From IMG/VR virus record IMGVR_UViG_3300046323_000587, positions 62,001-126,000 of that record: DNA of 64,000 nucleotides, one strand, 5' to 3'. Position numbers and translations under genes: made by a program. This document shows positions 20,304 to 30,256 of the stretch, piece by piece (positions within the stretch are counted from its first letter, which is position 1; every line of letters starts with the position of its first letter). A model generated the notes under the pieces. It was not told where the DNA came from. It made no database searches and saw only the letters and a program-made list of their open reading frames with translations.

Positions 20304-22499
20304 ATGAAATACCAAGAAGAAGAAATTAATAGCATTTTAATAAGTAATTCTCAACCAATTTCACTTTATTTTAGTGAAGACGATAAAAATAAACTAATTA
20401 AATCAAAAGTAGATTCTGTTTATAGTAATCCTTATAGATGGTTAATAGAACTTGTAACTAATGGAATTGATGCTTGTAAAGAAGCTAACAAACCCATTAA
20501 AGTTGATTTAATTTATGATAATACAGATATATTAACTTTAAACGGAAACGGAAAAATTATTATTAGAGATTATGGTACAGGTATGTCTTTAGACAGAATG
20601 TTAAATAATTATACTGCTATAGGAAACTCTACAAAAGAAGATAATGAAGGAGCTATTGGTTTCTTTGGTATTGGTAGACTATCTGTATTAAAATATACTA
20701 AACTGTATGAAATAAACTCTTATTATCAAGGAACAAAATATTCTTTTTTAATGGGTTTACAAGATGTAGAGAGAGAACGTAGAGGAGAAAAATATATCAA
20801 TAAAGAATACACTCTTTGTAATATCTTTAACACAACTACAACAGAAGAAGATGGATTAGAAGTAATTGTAGAATTAAACAATTCAAAAGATATTAATAAT
20901 ATTACTTCATTTATTAATAAAGAATATCTTATTCTTCAAGAATTTGTAAATATCGTTAATATTAAAACTGATTTAAAATATAAAGAAGTATGGAAATCAG
21001 AAAATTGTAAAATACTAGAAAATCATACTCACGGAGGTTATATGTCTATCTCTTTAGGAGGAGTTTTATATGATTTAGATGACCATAAAGAAGAGTTGTT
21101 AACTTTATGCGAAAAAGACAAAGATTTAAGAGCTTTTTTAGAGATTTGTTTTTCTATTAGTTCAAATATAATATTTTTTGTTCCACTAAATAAAGTAAAA
21201 CCAACAGAATCAAGAGAATCTATTGATATTGGTTATACTAAAACACTACCAAATATTTTAGAAGTTGTAAACAAAGTAAAAAATGAAATATGTGATTATT
21301 TACTTACTGAAATTGAAAAGATAACTAATTTCTTTGAAATATTGCACATAATCAATTCTGGTTCTTTTAAAAATTCTTATATTTTAGCTAAATCTTTACA
21401 ATTTATTACAATCAATAAAAAGTTTGGAGACACTATTATAAAAGATTTAGAAGATTTGCTTAAAGTAAATTATAGATTATATAAAATATCAAATACATCT
21501 CAAATTCTTAGAAGAAATAGAAATCTATTTGAAAATTCTTGGAATAATACAGAACAAGGAAAACAATTAACTGGTATTGATGAAACTATTTATAAAGTTT
21601 CAGTTGAAAAATATAGTGATTGGGATATTCAAAAACCTTTAATTTATCAAGAGTTTTCTAAAAATGATTCTGGTAATATTTATAGTCAAATATTAACTAA
21701 ATATAATGTAAATACAGCCTATATTTTAAAAGAATCTTCTCCTATTATAACAACAACAATAGCTGATTTTTTTATTCCTTATACAATAGATGATTGTAAT
21801 AATTACAGTATTACTATTGACAATTCTAATAATATACCAAAACCTAAATCAGATAAAAATTATAATGTTGGTCATTATTGTTTCTATAATTCAGATGTAA
21901 ATTATACTCTTGATGTAATAACAGAACAACAATTTATTGATAATTATATCAACTTCTATTATATTTCATATAAAGAAAAAGATTCTTTAAATAAATTCTA
22001 TATTTCTACCGTTTTAAAATTAAATCCTTCTATTAAAATTTGTGTTATTTCAATGGATTTAATAGAGAAATTAAAAAGAAAAAATTTAATCAGTGATACA
22101 AATCATCTAAATACTGTCAGTATTTCAACACAACAAAATAAAGCTTATACAGCTTATATGGCTATTAAACCTATTATTGATAATATTTATATTTTATTAC
22201 AAAGCAACAAAATAAATTTTGGTAAATATACTGTTCCAGAGATTAATGAAATTAAATTTAAAGTAAATCATATAACTGAAAAATTAAATATAAGTTCTTC
22301 TGAATTATCTTTAGTAGACGCTTTTATTAAAATGAAAATTGTTGAATTAGATACTTCTTTGGTATTTAAATATAAAAAAGAATTCAATTATTATTTACAA
22401 CAATTAAGAACACTAAGCAAAAAAGATTTTAATTTCTTAGATTCTTTACATAATTCACTTATACTGATAGAAAGTAATAATCAAATTAATTTATTCTAG
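20304..22499 (+). CDS. rIIA: rIIA-like protein (GHKL/HSP90-type ATPase N-terminus)
   Basis: YSNP...ELVTNGIDA, IRDYGTGMS, GFFGIG, PTESRESI; adjacent to an rIIB-like gene. Confidence 0.8.
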   Translation: MKYQEEEINSILISNSQPISLYFSEDDKNKLIKSKVDSVYSNPYRWLIELVTNGIDACKEANKPIKVDLIYDNTDILTLNGNGKIIIRDYGTGMSLDRMLNNYTAIGNSTKEDNEGAIGFFGIGRLSVLKYTKLYEINSYYQGTKYSFLMGLQDVERERRGEKYINKEYTLCNIFNTTTTEEDGLEVIVELNNSKDINNITSFINKEYLILQEFVNIVNIKTDLKYKEVWKSENCKILENHTHGGYMSISLGGVLYDLDDHKEELLTLCEKDKDLRAFLEICFSISSNIIFFVPLNKVKPTESRESIDIGYTKTLPNILEVVNKVKNEICDYLLTEIEKITNFFEILHIINSGSFKNSYILAKSLQFITINKKFGDTIIKDLEDLLKVNYRLYKISNTSQILRRNRNLFENSWNNTEQGKQLTGIDETIYKVSVEKYSDWDIQKPLIYQEFSKNDSGNIYSQILTKYNVNTAYILKESSPIITTTIADFFIPYTIDDCNNYSITIDNSNNIPKPKSDKNYNVGHYCFYNSDVNYTLDVITEQQFIDNYINFYYISYKEKDSLNKFYISTVLKLNPSIKICVISMDLIEKLKRKNLISDTNHLNTVSISTQQNKAYTAYMAIKPIIDNIYILLQSNKINFGKYTVPEINEIKFKVNHITEKLNISSSELSLVDAFIKMKIVELDTSLVFKYKKEFNYYLQQLRTLSKKDFNFLDSLHNSLILIESNNQINLF

Positions 22500-22568
22500 T
22501 AAATATTCTAGTAAATATTTTAGTATCTCAATTCTTATTAATTCATTCATTTTAAACAAAATAATTCT

Positions 22569-23579
22569 ATGGTACAAATTTTTTCAGCAAATTTCAGCAT
22601 TGGTTCAACAGTAAAAGTGATTACAGCAGCACAAAATTATAATCTTAATATTAGAACAGAAGAAGATTTAACAACTAGTATTGAAATTAAATTTAGAATA
22701 GAGAAAGCAAATAAACATTATAAAAATAATAAAGGAGAGAAATATAAAAAACAATTAAATAAAATTATTGCTCTTTGTGATAAATTTAATACATTTAAAC
22801 AAATTCACTATTTAGATGAAAATTATTATATCAATAATAATTGTATCTATTATAAAGGGCTAGAAGAGTTCCCTATTACTGGTAAAGCATTAACTTATTT
22901 AAAAACTATTATTGATTCTAAAAATGTTGAACAAGTAAATAAATTTACAGCTTTTCATAAAAGATGCTCATTAAATAAAGGCGAAATTAAAAATGATGTG
23001 ATTATTAAAACTGGTAAAGAAGTAGTTCAAGAACTGTATGAATTTATCTTGACTCACAATACACCAGTAACAAATGATGGATTTTTATTGTTTAAAAGAA
23101 CTCTTAAATTTAAAGAAGGTTTTAAATATTTTATGCCAAATGAAGCAATTGATGTAATCGGAAATCATTTTGTATTTAATAGTGGTCAATTGGTAGATTG
23201 TAAAATTAATTGTCTAACGAATTTACCTTCTTCTTACAATGTACTTAAAGTATTCCAAGACTTAAACACTAATTTAGTTTCAGCTCATAAACATACAGAC
23301 GGAACTGATTGTGAGTGGTCTTTTGGTCAATATACTTATCCAGATAAATTAGACTACAATTCTTCTAATACTTGTTCTTCTGGATTACATTTTGGTACAG
23401 AACAAACTTTTGTAGGAGGTGATGGATATTTTATTGGTTTAGTAGATCCTGCTGATGTAATTAGTGTTCCAAAAGAATCAGGCACAGCTAAAATTAGAGT
23501 TAAAAGAGCTATGTTAGTTGGAATTACTACAAAAGATTCATTTGAAACTATTACTTTTGATCAAAGCTTTTCTAATTAA
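22569..23579 (+). CDS. rIIB: rIIB-like protein
   Basis: ELYEFI..TP.T.DG.L..K, CSSGLHFG, VDPADVISVP...KIRV. Confidence 0.8.
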   Translation: MVQIFSANFSIGSTVKVITAAQNYNLNIRTEEDLTTSIEIKFRIEKANKHYKNNKGEKYKKQLNKIIALCDKFNTFKQIHYLDENYYINNNCIYYKGLEEFPITGKALTYLKTIIDSKNVEQVNKFTAFHKRCSLNKGEIKNDVIIKTGKEVVQELYEFILTHNTPVTNDGFLLFKRTLKFKEGFKYFMPNEAIDVIGNHFVFNSGQLVDCKINCLTNLPSSYNVLKVFQDLNTNLVSAHKHTDGTDCEWSFGQYTYPDKLDYNSSNTCSSGLHFGTEQTFVGGDGYFIGLVDPADVISVPKESGTAKIRVKRAMLVGITTKDSFETITFDQSFSN

Positions 23580-23615
23580 TCTTCTTTAAAGAATTAAAAT
23601 TTACTCAATCATATT

Positions 23616-23653
23616 AATAACCTGTCAAGAGTTTCTTTTCAGGTTATTTTTTT
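23616..23653 (+). terminator. Intrinsic terminator
   Basis: aataacctg / caggttatt plus long T-run. Confidence 0.7.
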
Positions 23654-23677
23654 TATTAATGTTTTATTATTATTATT

Positions 23678-24118
23678 TTGAATAAGATTTGTAAGAAATG
23701 TAAACAAGAACAACCTTTATGTGAGTATTCTTTTGATTTTGAAGCTGCTAAATTTAAAGAAACTTGTAATACTTGTACAGCAAATAAAATCAAAGAGAAG
23801 AAAAAAGAACTTACCAAAGAAGAGAATCAACGATTAGCAAATTATTGTTATAATTACAATATAACAACAGAAGAATATTATAAATTAGAAGAATCTCAAC
23901 ATTTTTTATGTTCTATATGCAAAAAACCTACACCAAATAAATTTTTTTGTGTAGATCACGACCATAAAACTTCTAATGTTAGAGGGCTTCTTTGTAAAAA
24001 TTGTAATTTAGGTTTAGGTCATTTTAAAGATGATATTTCAGTAATGAGTAGTGCAATAGAGTATATAAGTAAAAGTAAAGAATATCAAGTAAACGGTATT
24101 AATTTAAAACGAAAATAA
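23678..24118 (+). CDS. Endonuclease VII-family (His-Me finger) nuclease
   Basis: N-terminal CxxC..CxxC; CSIC...VDHDH..VRGLLCKNCNLGLG; TTG start. Confidence 0.85.
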   Translation: MNKICKKCKQEQPLCEYSFDFEAAKFKETCNTCTANKIKEKKKELTKEENQRLANYCYNYNITTEEYYKLEESQHFLCSICKKPTPNKFFCVDHDHKTSNVRGLLCKNCNLGLGHFKDDISVMSSAIEYISKSKEYQVNGINLKRK

Positions 24119-24135
24119 TTTAAAATACTTCAATT

Positions 24136-24363
24136 ATGTCAAATAATTCAATTAAAATATCTGATGAAGTGTATTATTTAGATCCTTATACAAAAGAAAA
24201 TACATCAGAATATTTAGGCAGAGTAACTAAAATAGTAGGAGATTCAGTAACAACTAGAATAGGAGATGGTTATACAATAACAAACATTAATTATTTAACA
24301 ACAAATAAACCAAGTATTTCTAATAATTCTACTAACAATAAACCTAATAAAAATGCTAAATAA
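24136..24363 (+). CDS. Small hypothetical protein
   Basis: 75 aa with a beta-rich pattern. Confidence 0.5.
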   Translation: MSNNSIKISDEVYYLDPYTKENTSEYLGRVTKIVGDSVTTRIGDGYTITNINYLTTNKPSISNNSTNNKPNKNAK

Positions 24364-25393
24364 TTCAAGTAATTCCAATAATTCAAGTAAATTAAATAAT
24401 TCTTTACAAAAAGCATACGAAACATTAATTAAAGAAGGAGATTCTAGTCTCCTCTCTTTTTATAAAGTATTTTATACAGGAAAATTAACAATAAATAAAG
24501 TAATTGAATACGAAACCTCAAACAATAAAAGTTTAGAAATAGAAGATTTATTTGAACAATATAATAATTCAATAAACAATTCTTTTAATTTATTTGAATA
24601 TAAGCCTCATTATTTAATTTATGATGCAGATGAAATAGCCTATTTAATAAGTTATATTTGTAAAGACGAAACAAAAGAAAATGTTATAAAAGAATCTATA
24701 GATAAATATTTATATAAGATACTAAACGAAAAAAAATTTACTCATTATATTGCTTATCTAAAACCTAATATGGCAACTTTTAGAGATACTTTAGGGAAAG
24801 CTAAAAAATATAAAGGAAATCGTACTGGAACTGCACCACAATTTTATTTAAAATGGAAAACTGTAATAGAAAACTATTTAATTGCTAAGTACCATTTTGT
24901 TAAACTAGATGTTCCTATTGAAAGTGATGATGCAGTATCTATAACAGCAAAAATGTGTAAACAACAAGGTATTAATTATACAATAGTAAGTAAAGATAAA
25001 GATTTATTGCAATTAGAAGGAAATCATTTACATTATGATACAAAAAATAAAGTTTGGAAGGATTTATTTGTATCTGAAATAGGCGAAATTACACTTATAA
25101 GTAAAGATAAATATTTAGCTACTGGATATATTGCTTTAATGTATCAATGTCTAATAGGAGATTCTTCTGATAATATTCAAGGTTTAAAAAATTACGGACC
25201 AAAAAAATCTTACGAAATATTGAAAGATTGTAAAACAAAACATCAATTATTGGGGAAAGTTTTAGATACTTACTACAAATACATAGGAAAGTATTGGGGA
25301 AAACAAATATTTAAAGAAAATTACTCATTAGTTAAATTGCTGGATCGTTATAATGAATTTAGTTTTACTCCAATTAAAAACATCGCTATTTAA
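24353..25393 (+). CDS. 5'-3' exonuclease / flap endonuclease (PIN-like, T7 gp6/T5 D15 type)
   Basis: DADEIAY, YKGNR, ESDD, SKDKDLLQ, GDSSDNIQG..GPKK. Confidence 0.88.
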   Translation: MLNNSSNSNNSSKLNNSLQKAYETLIKEGDSSLLSFYKVFYTGKLTINKVIEYETSNNKSLEIEDLFEQYNNSINNSFNLFEYKPHYLIYDADEIAYLISYICKDETKENVIKESIDKYLYKILNEKKFTHYIAYLKPNMATFRDTLGKAKKYKGNRTGTAPQFYLKWKTVIENYLIAKYHFVKLDVPIESDDAVSITAKMCKQQGINYTIVSKDKDLLQLEGNHLHYDTKNKVWKDLFVSEIGEITLISKDKYLATGYIALMYQCLIGDSSDNIQGLKNYGPKKSYEILKDCKTKHQLLGKVLDTYYKYIGKYWGKQIFKENYSLVKLLDRYNEFSFTPIKNIAI

Positions 25394-25432
25394 TTATTAA
25401 TTGCTAATTACTTACTTCTATTTAACATTATT

Positions 25433-25723
25433 ATGATAAAAAAATTTTATTATTGGTTAAATAATTCTCCAATTTGGTATGAAGTTTATTGTTCTGTAAC
25501 AATTAGTTATACTTTATCTACAGATGATGAAATACCTAGTCAAGCAGAAACAAAATTACCTGAAAATAAATCTATTCGATATCTGATAAATCTAAAAGAT
25601 ATACTATCTTTTCACGAAATACCTAACAGTAACTCAGTTAAAATATCTTTAACAGATGCAAGAGATATCATAGCAGAAATTTCTTATGAAGATTTAAAGT
25701 CTTTGTTAATAAAATCAGTTTAA
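25433..25723 (+). CDS. Hypothetical protein
   Basis: 96 aa ORF. Confidence 0.6.
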   Translation: MIKKFYYWLNNSPIWYEVYCSVTISYTLSTDDEIPSQAETKLPENKSIRYLINLKDILSFHEIPNSNSVKISLTDARDIIAEISYEDLKSLLIKSV

Positions 25724-25740
25724 AAAGTAATTTACTTAAA

Positions 25741-26286
25741 ATGAAACAAAATAATAAAATAGATTCAAAAAACTTATCTTTATATTATATTGTTCCTAGT
25801 TTATCTTTCAAATATAAATCAATAGATAATAAAACTAAATTAGTTATATTTAATAAAAACAATTACGAATTAATTAATAGTTACATAGATAAAACTTCTA
25901 ATACAATACATATTAGAATGAAAATCTTTAATATAGAACTAGCTTTATCTAAAAACTATTTGTATCAATCTCAAGAGAATACTAAATTATTTATGGTATT
26001 CTCTTTACCTAAAAAATATATTAAAGAATATTTTCATTTTTTTAATAGTGAGTACACTAAGTTCTCTTTTCAATATAAAAAACTATTAATTAATTATTCT
26101 GGATTGCCTTTTTATGAAAGAGGTAGTTCACATAAATTATTATTAGGATTATTTAATGAAAAGAAGATAAATGGTTATGTACCTAATAGACTATATAATT
26201 ACTATTGCAATAATAATAAAGTAGATAAAGTACCAGAGGAGTATCAATTTATAAAACCTTTAACAGAAAAAGAATTTATTAATTAA
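25741..26286 (+). CDS. Hypothetical protein
   Basis: 181 aa ORF. Confidence 0.6.
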   Translation: MKQNNKIDSKNLSLYYIVPSLSFKYKSIDNKTKLVIFNKNNYELINSYIDKTSNTIHIRMKIFNIELALSKNYLYQSQENTKLFMVFSLPKKYIKEYFHFFNSEYTKFSFQYKKLLINYSGLPFYERGSSHKLLLGLFNEKKINGYVPNRLYNYYCNNNKVDKVPEEYQFIKPLTEKEFIN

Positions 26287-26296
26287 ATCACTATTT

Positions 26297-29104
26297 ATGA
26301 AAATTACAAAATCAAGTGGAGTTTTAGAAGCATTAGATTTTAATAAAGTACCTAATAGAATTAGACAACAAACAGCAGGTTTATCAGAATTAATTGATGT
26401 AGATAACATTTCTAAACAAGTAATCAATGGTTTAGTTGACGGAATTTCAACAAATGATTTAGATGATTTAACTGCCAATATTTGTGCTAGTTATACTATT
26501 TCTCATCCAGATTATGGAGTATTAGGAGGAAGAATTTTAATGAGCAGATTACACAAATCTAATAAATCATTAGACACTTATTTAAATACATTTTCAAGTA
26601 AATTAAATTCTCAAACACTGAATACTATAATTAAATATAAATTACAATTAAGTGAATTGATTGATTATAACAAAGATTTTAATTTTGATTTCTTTGCTGT
26701 TAAGTCATTAAAAAAAATATATTTACTTAGAACTACTGTAAATGAGCAATTGATTTACGAGACACCTCAACAAATGTATATTAGAATAGCTTGTAATCAA
26801 TCAGATGATTTAAATCAAATTAAAGAATGGTATGAAGCATTATCTAATCAATTGTGGAGTCCAGCTTCTCCTATTTTAATTAATGCAGGAACAATTAATG
26901 ATAGTAATATCAGTTGTAATCTTACTTGGTTAAAAGACGATAGTTTAGAAGGTACAATGGATACACTAAAAAACATTGCAAAAGCTAGTGCAGGTGCAGC
27001 AGGTATTGGATTTGGTATCTCTAATTTAAGAAGTCAAGAAACTACTTTTGGTATTCACGAAGGAACTTCTCACGGAGTTGTTAAGTTAGCTAAAATTGTG
27101 AATGAATTGATGAGGACTTACAATCAAAGTGGAAAAAGAACGGGAAGTTGTGCATTATATCTTGATATATGGCATTTAGATATACTATCTTTCTTAAAAT
27201 TGAAACTTCCAATTGGTTCAGAAGAATTAAGAACAAGGGATTTATTTTTAGCTGTAAATACTTATGATAACTTTTGGAGAGCAATTAAAAACAATACAGA
27301 CTACTATTTATTTTGTCCTGATATTTTATCTAAAAATGGTGTGAAGCCTTTATATGAATTATATGGAGAAGAATTTGAAAATGAGTATAACAGAGCTGTT
27401 GATTTAGGTTTAGGAAAAAGAATACCGGCAAGTGAACTATTTTTAGCTATACAAACAAGTCTAATTGAATCTGGTGTTCCTTATCTTACTAATCTTGACG
27501 CTGCTAATAGAACAAGTAATCATAATGTATATGGAAAGGTCAAGATGAGTAATCTTTGTGTAGCACCTGAAACATTGTTATTAACTGATAAAGGTTATAC
27601 ACCTATTGGAGAAAATGAAGGAAAGACTGTAAATATCTGGAATAGTAAAGAATGGAGTGAAGTTAAAATAGTTAAAACAAGTGATAGAGAGAAATTAATA
27701 AAAATTACTTTTAGTAATGATGCTGTTTTATATTGTACAGAATATCATAAATTCAATGTAGAAACTAATACAACAAATGCAATTTTTAGAGAAAATTCTT
27801 TAGATTCTTGGGAAGATATTAATGTAACGGAAAAAAGAGCTGCGGAATTAAATATTGGAGATATTATAGAAGGCTATAAATTTGAGAATGTAATTTATCA
27901 TAAAAAAAGAGTAGTAAAAATAGAAGACGAAAATAGATATGATGCTACTTATTGTGTAAATGAACCTAAATTAAATAAAGCTGTATTTAATGGAATTCTA
28001 ACAAAAAATTGCAATGAAATTTTACAATTTCAAGATGCTTATACAACTGCACAATGTGTTTTAAGTTCTATTCCTGTAAAGAACTTCATTAAAACTACAA
28101 ATGGTAAAAAAGAATTTGATTACATTGCATTAGAAAAAGCTATTAAACCTATTGTATATTATCTTAATAAAGTTATTGATAATAATAACTATCCTTATCC
28201 AGAAGCTATTAAAGGAGCAAGTGAACAACGAGCTATTGCTATTGGTACACAAGGAGAAGCTGATTTATTTGCAGAACTAGATTTACCTTTTGTATGTGAA
28301 GAATCAAAAGCACTGACTAGAAATATTGCAGAAGTTATTTATTTTGCTGCATTAAAAGCTAGTTTAGATTATGCAAGAGAATTTAATGTTTGTTATAAAG
28401 ATTTTGATAAAAGTAATTATTCAAAAGGTTTATTTCATTGGAAACATTATATTACAGAAGAACAAACATTCCTAAAAACTAGGTGGACAGAGCTTGAAAA
28501 AGAGATACTAGAAGTAAAAATGCTTGCTAACAGCCTTACAACGGCAAAAATGCCAACTGCAAGCTCAAGTGCGTTATTTGGAAACAATGAAGCCTTCGAA
28601 CCATTCAGTGAAAATCTCTATACAAGATCTACATTATCAGGAGAAACCATTGTAGTAAACAAATATCTTATTAAAGATTTAATTCATTACGGTATTTGGG
28701 GAGAACAATTTAAAAATCATTTAATACAGCAAAATGGTTCGATTCAAAATACTAATTTTAAAGAATTTTCTAATACAATTACTGATGAACAAATATTTCA
28801 CCTTAAAAATAAATTTAAAACTATCTTTGAGATATCTCAGAAACCATTAATTGATTTTGCAGCAGAAAGACAAATATTTGTAGACCAATCTCAATCTATG
28901 AACTTATATTTGGAAAAACCTACATTTAATAATCTTAGCTCTATGTTAGTGTATGCTAATGGTAAGAAACTAAAATCTATTATTTATTATTTAAGATCTA
29001 AACCAGCAACAGAAGCTAATAAAATGTTAGCAATCAATACAGTTAAATTAGCTAAAACTAAACCAATAGATTCAAATCAAGAATGTTTTGGTTGTGGAGC
29101 TTAA
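26297..29104 (+). CDS. nrdA: Ribonucleotide reductase class Ia alpha subunit (ATP cone, intein-containing)
   Basis: ATP cone, SPASP..NAG, SC, SNL|C.EI split by an intein, MPTASSS, DQSQSMN, YYLR, C-terminal CFGCGA. Confidence 0.95.
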   Translation: MKITKSSGVLEALDFNKVPNRIRQQTAGLSELIDVDNISKQVINGLVDGISTNDLDDLTANICASYTISHPDYGVLGGRILMSRLHKSNKSLDTYLNTFSSKLNSQTLNTIIKYKLQLSELIDYNKDFNFDFFAVKSLKKIYLLRTTVNEQLIYETPQQMYIRIACNQSDDLNQIKEWYEALSNQLWSPASPILINAGTINDSNISCNLTWLKDDSLEGTMDTLKNIAKASAGAAGIGFGISNLRSQETTFGIHEGTSHGVVKLAKIVNELMRTYNQSGKRTGSCALYLDIWHLDILSFLKLKLPIGSEELRTRDLFLAVNTYDNFWRAIKNNTDYYLFCPDILSKNGVKPLYELYGEEFENEYNRAVDLGLGKRIPASELFLAIQTSLIESGVPYLTNLDAANRTSNHNVYGKVKMSNLCVAPETLLLTDKGYTPIGENEGKTVNIWNSKEWSEVKIVKTSDREKLIKITFSNDAVLYCTEYHKFNVETNTTNAIFRENSLDSWEDINVTEKRAAELNIGDIIEGYKFENVIYHKKRVVKIEDENRYDATYCVNEPKLNKAVFNGILTKNCNEILQFQDAYTTAQCVLSSIPVKNFIKTTNGKKEFDYIALEKAIKPIVYYLNKVIDNNNYPYPEAIKGASEQRAIAIGTQGEADLFAELDLPFVCEESKALTRNIAEVIYFAALKASLDYAREFNVCYKDFDKSNYSKGLFHWKHYITEEQTFLKTRWTELEKEILEVKMLANSLTTAKMPTASSSALFGNNEAFEPFSENLYTRSTLSGETIVVNKYLIKDLIHYGIWGEQFKNHLIQQNGSIQNTNFKEFSNTITDEQIFHLKNKFKTIFEISQKPLIDFAAERQIFVDQSQSMNLYLEKPTFNNLSSMLVYANGKKLKSIIYYLRSKPATEANKMLAINTVKLAKTKPIDSNQECFGCGA
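27557..28009 (+). mobile_element. Mini-intein (151 aa) in NrdA
   Basis: Begins CVAPETLLLT, has block B CTEYHKF, ends GILTKN followed by C; removal restores SNLCNEI; too short for and lacking a LAGLIDADG domain. Confidence 0.92.
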
Positions 29105-29189
29105 TCAAAATACCAAGTATTTTTATTAATAGTCTTAAATAATCAATAAATTAATAAGTCAATAAATTAACAAATTAAATTCAATATTT

Positions 29190-30131
29190 ATGAAACCAGA
29201 ACCAATTTTAGACCAGCAGAATTTTAGAAGAACAATTTTTCCTATTCATCACCAAGATATTTGGAAATTTTATGAAGAGCAAGAAGATTCTTTTTGGAAA
29301 GCAAACGAAGTAGATTTGAGTCAAGATAATTTCAAAGCTTTATCAAAAGATGAACAATATTTTATTAAACATATTTTAGGATTTTTTGCTTCTTCTGATT
29401 CTATTGTAGCTGAAAATTTAGCTGTAAATTTTGGTAATTTAGTTAAATATCCAGAAGCACAATATTATTATCAATTACAAACTGTTATGGAAAATATTCA
29501 TTCTGTTATGTATTCTCTTTTAATTGAAACATATATTACAGATTCAACTGAGAAAACTAGATTATTTAATGCAATCGACACAATGCCAATTATTAACAAG
29601 AAACTTCATTGGGCTATTGATTGGATTAATAATGGAACATTTCAAGAAAAATTAATTGCTTTTATTTGTGTTGAAGGAATATTATTTTGTAGTTCATTCT
29701 CAGCTATATTTTGGTTAAAAAATCAAGGTAAGATGCCAGGATTAGGAAAAGCTAATGAATTTATATCAAGAGACGAATCGCACCACTGTAATTTCGCTAT
29801 ACATCTTTATAATAACCATTGTATAAATAAATTAGATAAAGATAAAGTAAAAGAAATTATATTAGAAGCTTGTAGACTAGAAAAAGAATTTGCTATTGAA
29901 TCATTACCAGTATCTTTAATTGGTATGAATAATGTTCTTATGGTTCAATATATTGAATTTGTTACAGACGGTATTTTAGATGCTTTGAATCTTGATAAAC
30001 AATTCAATTCTACAAATCCTTTTACTTTTATGAATCAAATAGCCGTACCTAGAAAAACTAATTTCTTTGAAAGTCGTGTATCAGAATATGTTAGAGCAGG
30101 AGGAGAAATGCAACTTGATGCAGAATTTTAA
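29190..30131 (+). CDS. nrdB: Ribonucleotide reductase class Ia beta subunit
   Basis: FW..EVDLS.D, FFASSD.IV.ENL, ENIHS..Y, VEGI.F, RDESHH, NFFE.RVSEY. Confidence 0.95.
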   Translation: MKPEPILDQQNFRRTIFPIHHQDIWKFYEEQEDSFWKANEVDLSQDNFKALSKDEQYFIKHILGFFASSDSIVAENLAVNFGNLVKYPEAQYYYQLQTVMENIHSVMYSLLIETYITDSTEKTRLFNAIDTMPIINKKLHWAIDWINNGTFQEKLIAFICVEGILFCSSFSAIFWLKNQGKMPGLGKANEFISRDESHHCNFAIHLYNNHCINKLDKDKVKEIILEACRLEKEFAIESLPVSLIGMNNVLMVQYIEFVTDGILDALNLDKQFNSTNPFTFMNQIAVPRKTNFFESRVSEYVRAGGEMQLDAEF

Positions 30132-30159
30132 TAACTAAACATTCAAATAATTTATCATT

Positions 30160-30205
30160 AATACTACTCTTTCTATCTATAAATGAGATTAAGAGTAGTA
30201 TTTTT
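30160..30205 (+). terminator. Intrinsic terminator
   Basis: aatactactctt / aagagtagtatt plus T-run. Confidence 0.7.
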
Positions 30206-30256
30206 GTTTTTATTATATTTTAAATATTATATTTAATAAAGAAACCTTATAATATT

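Noticed and set aside
20304-22499. HSP90/HtpG or topoisomerase call
   Set aside because: Only the GHKL N-domain matches, and the adjacent rIIB-like gene supports rIIA
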